Assembly: GCA_044892525.1 (NCBI GenBank) | Contig: CM097885.1 | Location: forward strand, 247,132,001 to 247,196,000 | DNA: 64,000 bases | Reading direction: 5' to 3' | From: Schmidtea polychroa | Taxonomy: Eukaryota | Shown: positions 57,967 to 64,000 of the stretch, piece after piece | Numbering within the stretch: the stretch's first letter is position 1 | How the letters are laid out: each line of letters opens with the position of its first letter | Notes under the pieces: model-generated | What the model was told of the DNA's origin: nothing | The model's input: only the letters and a program-made list of their open reading frames with translations | Database searches by the model: none | Position numbers and translations under genes: made by a program

Positions 57967-58647
57967 TGTATTAGTTTTAATAAGTTAGTGTAGGCTGAAG
58001 CATGATTGGAGTTAGTATTGGATGAGTATCGATATAATACTAATTTATAGTCTTCAAGCTCTCTTTTTAATAAATTCAATGGAAAAAATAATCAGTGGTG
58101 AAATTGGAAAAAAGATTTCTGACAATATAAAATGTTTGTCGGAATCACTTAGGGCATTATTGAAGAATATTTCATTTAACATTAGGAGAAAGCTAAAACT
58201 TTGAACGTGCATTAACAAAAGTACTTTTGTATTATTTCCATCCCACCGAATAATGTGCGCAATGATGCTGCTGAATGTTAACCACTTAGCATAAATATTG
58301 CATCGAACAGTAGTACGGTCTAACTCCAAGGTAGGAAACATTGAGCTTGCTCTCTCCATAGTTTGTTTTTCATTATCGGAGAAAAATGCGTGCAAATTTT
58401 CATTTTGTTTTCCCATTGTATTTATGATTAAACTAATCTATAGGGGTTTAGTTATCAGGGTTCATCACCAGTCTGGAATTCTTTCCGATTCTGGAATTCT
58501 TTTACGATTCTGAGATCGCAATAATTAAAGTCGAGCGACTATATACCGACGTGTATTTGCGAACTTCGTTTGTTCCGTCCTTCTGTCACCTATGATTGTG
58601 ATCTGACACACCTACATTTATCATGTCATCTTCTATTTTCCTAGGAA

Positions 58648-59255
58648 ATGTCCTCATCAAAATACCATATTTCTCCAGAGGACATTCGCCTCTTACGCCA
58701 GAAAGTCGACCGTTTCGTGGGTATGTGATTCAATCCGGTCCAAATGAAGGAGGCATCCAAGAAAATACTGCGGTAGGAACATTGCCGGAATAATCTATTG
58801 GAAGAGATCCAGGTCGCAGGCGCTCCATCAAGTCATACCAAACGGAATTAAAATCATGTATCCGGGAGCTGCCGGTCATAAACTCAACGAACATCTTTGC
58901 AAGCCATCATCTAGTGGATGATCCTCCCAGCAGCGGGTGCTTGCCAACCATCAGTGCAGCCCCGACCCCAATCCTCAAGGCCAGTGAACCTACATAGGAT
59001 CATCTCAACACTGCCCAAAGTATCGTTCGAGAAGTCCCATCGTCTGACGCTCCCGGCCCGACGCGACATCAACTCTCGCGAGTGGAGCGTACACGTAGAG
59101 GAGGTCAAACTCACTGTGTCTACCGTCTCAGCCTGGTAGGTCAAGTAATTCTCCCAGCGAATCTGCCCTGGGAAGAGGTAGTCGATATAGACTTCGACCT
59201 GGATGAGCTATTAGTCGAAGCCGAGGCCGCCTCTTTCTGGAGCAATGTCATATGA
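58648..59255 (+). pseudogene. Decayed ORF related to the 22409 ORF
   Basis: TTTTCCTAG-GAA-ATG start; KVDRFVGM*FNPVQMKE (cf. RVDKLKG...WFSPEDMKK); PTRHQLSRVER...DFDLDELLVEAE; stops and frameshifts. Confidence 0.5.
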
Positions 59256-60535
59256 GTCTCCATGGCCGGTCACGGCTAGCAAATTTGAAAAGACATGGTC
59301 AACTCAATAATCTTACCGTTGGCTGAATAACTTTCAGTGTTATTTCTGATCCTGATTTATGCATTGCTCGTTTTAGTTGATTCTAAAGTCGTAACATAAT
59401 CAATGGACGCTTTCCTGTTATCTAGGTCAATATGTTGTCGATGTGTCTGTGTCATGCATGATGTGAATAAAATGTTTACTGGTAGTTGAATCTTGTGTTT
59501 TGTTTCGAATAGGCGATTTCTATAGAAAACAGTGATGATATAACGATGCAGAACCGCGAATCTGGTAGAACGTACTGGTTCAACTCGTATTGTTCTATGC
59601 GAAGACGTAAGTCCTTCTAGCGCAATCAGGAACCGAATGGGAAGCACATGAGGGAGTAGTACTAAAATTGGCGGAATCGACCAGGCAACAATAAGTGTCC
59701 AAGAAGTTGCCGATTATAGTTTACAAAGGTACGCTCACTTTTCGCTGGAACTCATTCACTTGATGCAGTTCCAACGTTGATCACTGAAGGGGCTTTGAGC
59801 GATATAAAATCTTTGTATTCTGGGTACACTGGAGACAACACGAAAGGGTAAAATGTGACCTGTAACCCACCAATTTTATTTCGACTTGGTGTGGTTTCCA
59901 TCCTATGTATTTCAGACGTATTTAAGTTCTCAATTTTAAAGCTTTAGCCCAAAACAAACATCAATTTTCCAAAAATTTCAAAATCTACCCTTGTATGTTC
60001 AAATTTAAATTAATATATATTAAACGTTTTCAAAAATAGATGACAGAGTTTGTTTTGATCACGGGTAGACACGATTTTCCAAATTAATAGAAAATTATGT
60101 AGTCACAAATCTATTTTCTTAGTTATCCCTAAATAATGATGTATTAATTAATATAAACTATGCCCAAGCGGAAAACCCTATATTGCTCAATTTAAAAAAT
60201 ATCATAATAATATTTGATTTTTTGGCATTCTCTTCAAAAAGTGTATTAATTTAAATATTCAATAAAAACTCAACCAATGTACTATATATACATATGCTTC
60301 AAGGCAATATTTTATATTTGGAATAAACTATAATTTAGAAAATTATTATTTTTATGAAATGACAAATATATGTCAGAATTTTTTAAATTATCGAATTTCT
60401 ATTATTTTCTTTTATTAAACTAATAACATCTTTCATAACCTTAACTCACACTCGTAACTTATAATTACTGAATTATAACTTCAAATTGAAATTTCAACAA
60501 CTCTTAAATTTCAAGATTTCTATTAAAACTGAGAT

Positions 60536-61171
60536 ATGCAAAAGGAGGTTGTCTATGACGCACTGGATGAATATAATCCATTTAGTGGTTTGTTGAGTTT
60601 TTTAAGTTCTATTTTCAAGTAATTCTATTTTAATTAGAAAATAATAAAGCTCAGCAGCCTGCAGTCATAAATGTTACAAATAATGTCGAAGAAGTTGATG
60701 GAACTAAGAAATCACTATTATCTAATTCTGGAGACAAAGCAAATTTCCAGGGTGACCGGGAAGATGGATCTTACAAAGAGACGACAAAGCTTATTGATAG
60801 TTAGTAATAGAAATATTTTTTGTTAATAACTTTTACTAGTTTTTATTAATAAAATATATATGTTATCTATTTTTAGGCCCAGGAAACAATTGGCCACCAT
60901 TTCCAGCTTGTTGTCCGATACGGCCTTGTTTCTACATTGATTTCGAATTAGATATTCCAGAAAACCATAGAGGATTATTAAAATTTGCGTACTATATCTG
61001 GATGGCATATGCAGTAGTGATGACTCTCAATATATTCGGAAGTTTAGCTTACTATATAAAGTCAAATTCTATGATATCTGGTTCAACTTTTGGAATAGCC
61101 TTAATATTCGGGATTCTATTTCCTGTCATGAGTTTTCTATTGTGGTTTTGGCCATTATATAAGGCAATACG
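60536..61171 (+). CDS. scamp: Secretory carrier membrane protein, exons 60536-60587, 60638-60799, 60877-61171 (remaining exons not found in window)
   Basis: N-terminal DEYNPF; NNWPPFPACCPIRPCFYIDFELDIP...YYIWM...WFWPLYKAIR; GT-AG introns of 50 and 77 nt with compatible phases. Confidence 0.92.
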
Positions 61172-61244
61172 GTAATCATTTTTATAATAGTAAAATACAA
61201 TTTTTTTATCTTTTTTTATTTTTTTGGAAAAATCTTTATTTTAA

Positions 61245-61510
61245 TAAAAAAAATTTTAATATTTTTTTGTATAATTTTTCGTTTTTTTAAATTTTTAATA
61301 AAATTATTTTTTAATATTTTTATTATATAATTTATTGTATTTTGATTTTTTTTAATTTTTAATAAAAATTTTTTAATATTTTGTATAATTTTTTGTATTT
61401 TTAAATTTTTAATAAAATTATTTTTTAATATTTTTATTATATAATTTATTGTATTTTGATTTTTTAAAATTTTTAATAAAATTTTTTTAATATTTTTTTT
61501 GTATAATTTG
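61245..61510. repeat. A/T-rich tandem duplication, period ~114 nt
   Basis: Two near-identical copies of TTTTTAATAAAATTATTTTTTAATATTTTTATTATATAATTTATTGTATTTTGATTTTT. Confidence 0.75.
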
Positions 61511-63346
61511 TTGTACTTTTATTATTTTAAGAGTGTTCTTAAATTTTAAAAATTTCTTAAAAATTCTTAAAATGTCAAAAATGCGATTTTACCTCACACT
61601 TTCTGTTTGGGTAACGTAACAAAATTTTCCTTGAACTTTCAAGACGTTTAATATAAATATGTATATTAGTTGTATGTCGATTTCAGTTTATATGGATTTT
61701 AATTCGGCCAGGGTCCTGCACTATGAGATCTAATCTTTATCGTTTAAGTAGACCATAAATACCCGTTCAAAACGTACTTAAATAACCAAAAGGAGCGTTT
61801 TAAATGATTTTTATCATATAACTTCAAGCAGAATAAAAGCAAGCCATGTATATAAATTCGAAGAATCATTGAAGCAACATAAATTTTATATAAACTGAAT
61901 AGCTCTTTCCACACAAATGTTGCTACGTGTAGTATCTATAGCAGAAGCCTCACGGCTCCAAGGAGTCTAAGAACACTCCTTGGCTTTCGGATAATTTTGC
62001 AGAGCATTTATAAGATCAGAAAACCATAAATTCATCAATATATACACAAAACGAACATGAGGTAATAATCGGTCTCTTTCGCGTCACAGTAGAATAAATT
62101 CCATAATCGCAAAACTTCCTCAAGAATTCCAACTTGAGTTACTCAAATTTGACGTTTTTGAAATGGATGAACGGAAAATAGTTACCAGAGTGATTTACAA
62201 AGCTCGAACAAGAATTGCATATCATTTTCCGAGCTAATAGCAGGGACTTTGCATTGCTCTTTTAGCATCTCATAATTGTGCATATTATCCCTATAATTAT
62301 AAGTCTATATGGCGAATGAATTCGATCTCCTACAACTGCATAATATTGACAGCCAACATATTATGGAACTGGTGAATTTGATGACATAAAATGATGTTGT
62401 AAGTGGCAGATAATGCCATTTTGCTTACTGATATTGATGACAGTTTTGTAAGTAATAATCATTTTTTTTTGCTGGCCACAATTCAAAATAAATAAAATGT
62501 TTCTTCGATGCCACACTTAATAGTTTGTGCTCTTAAATTTGCTAAAGTGATAACTACCAATCTAACTTCGTTTTTTATCATTCTTTAACACAAACACTTA
62601 GCGTTCTTTTCCGTGCATTTATCCTATCAAAATGCAAACCTCATTCTTTTATCTTCAATGTTTAGAAAACTATAAATCCATCGATGCACGAAATGAACTT
62701 GGAATCTGATAGTTATCGGTCTCCTTCACGTAACATTGTATATGTATTATATATGTGAGTGTATTATATATATAATTCCATCTATTGTAAACTAGTAAAT
62801 AGAAATCGAGTATTTATTTATATTTTCATTCTTTTTATTTCATTTCACATAATTATTCATTTTCCCATGGACATTGAACATGCTTATGCAATTACATTCT
62901 GCTTTTCCTTTTTTTCAGAAATTGATTTTGTCGCAAAATTGATAGCATTGCTTAAATTCAAATCATTTCCATCAATCTCCATTCACAAATCACTAATCCT
63001 TCATATTCTCCAGTGAGAATGATGTACTCATCCTCTCGCGTTCGAATGGGTTTATTAGATTCCATTCTTGTTTTTGATATTTATTTTTCTTTTCAATGTG
63101 AGTGATGCAAAATAAATATTACATTTTAAAAAATTTCATGATTTTAAACTGTGACAATTTTATTAAATTAAAATCGTCCAACATTTATTTATTAATTACA
63201 ATTTTAAATTCTCTTGTTTTTTATGAAAATTTAAACAACTAAGGCGTGGTAATCATTAATATTGATAAACTATTAGTCATAAATATAATTAGTTAATTTA
63301 AACTAGCTGATTAGTTATAACATTGAAATTTTAAACTATATTAATT

Positions 63347-63673
63347 TTAAATAGGGGGTTTCATATTCCTTACTGTTGTGATGGTTCTCTTTTTCAATCT
63401 TTCAGGAGATTCACACATTTCTATATCCTTTGCATCGAGTAAAGATGGAATTCCAAAATGTATTCCTGTAGATTTAAAAGCCTTATAATTATTATAAAAA
63501 ACTTGACTAGAATCTAATCCATGATAGTTTATATGATCTGGTTGAAATTTGTGAATTAAAGCATTAAATGCCAAACCATTTTTGCAAGAAGTACTAAAAT
63601 TTTGAATTGAGATGTTAGGATCTTCACTCAATTGATTTTGGCACCATTTTAATAAGCCTTCAATTCTATTCAT
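63347..63673 (-). pseudogene. Calponin-homology domain fragment (MICAL-like/EHBP1/spectrin type)
   Basis: LLKWCQ...IQNFSTSCKNGLAFNALIHKFQPDHINY...AF...GIPSLLDAKD; conserved W replaced by C, homology lost after PERL. Confidence 0.75.
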
Positions 63674-64000
63674 AATATTAAAATTATATTCAAATGATTT
63701 ATTTAACAGTATTTAACAAATAAAATAAAATTTGCGCTTTTCCTTATTTATATTTTTCGAAATTACTTTAAAACAAACAACTTGTAAAAAATACACCTGA
63801 TAATCTGTTAAGCAATAATTTCTTGAAACTAAAGTAGAATAATAATAACACCAATTGAGTGATAGATTGGTAGAGTGGATTTAAAAGTTGAACATTATCC
63901 AAATTTCATGTTTATACATTATTATGCCTTTGCTATCGACGTGAAATGAATACGGCTTGATTTCATCCTTTAAAAATTCGAGGTTTGCTTTAATAGTGGC

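Noticed and set aside
61700-62730. Possible decayed hAT transposase on the minus strand (ILEEV..VRFVY)
   Set aside because: Only two short motif hints, with no TIR or TSD identified.

Overview
This is AT-rich metazoan genomic DNA with ~50-nt spliceosomal introns and two N-gaps. It looks planarian (triclad)-like, which is an inference from composition, intron size and element type. Bases 1 to at least 18,606 (possibly ~23,300) belong to a giant Ty3/Gypsy-type LTR retroelement whose 5' end lies outside the window. Its main reading frame (>3,800 aa if one frameshift near 3150 is repaired) runs: TRAF-type MATH, ubiquitin-like, Bcl-2-like, signal/anchor, chuvirus-type fusion glycoprotein, aspartic protease, RT, RNase H, integrase, ankyrin repeats, and a second type I membrane protein. 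Six intronless same-strand cargo ORFs follow: a small coiled-coil, a full-length TRAF, a BIR-BIR-RING IAP, two coiled-coil proteins and a type I membrane protein. Each cargo ORF has a splice-acceptor-like AG 0-3 nt before its ATG, and each complete spacer has a TGTA(A/T/G)A(T/A)A motif shortly after the preceding stop. The element therefore resembles a complex retrovirus with an env placed before pol and an apoptosis/TNF-signalling toolkit, possibly expressed through spliced or trans-spliced subgenomic RNAs. A related small-ORF module occurs three times (21.8-23.3 kb, 56.9-57.5 kb, 58.6-59.9 kb); two copies end in a conserved RNA-like structure with a compensatory base change. The remainder is host DNA: a USF-like bHLH gene on the minus strand with five phase-compatible exons (54,030 to 34,604), the first three exons of a SCAMP gene, WDFY and CH-domain pseudogene fragments, and many DNA transposons (hAT with 8-bp TSDs, Tigger, piggyBac-type MITEs, Chapaev-like, a Penelope remnant). 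All domain calls were made by eye from motifs; no searches were run. From memory, giant planarian Gypsy elements called Burro have been described and may carry BIR/RING cargo, so novelty must be checked against them.
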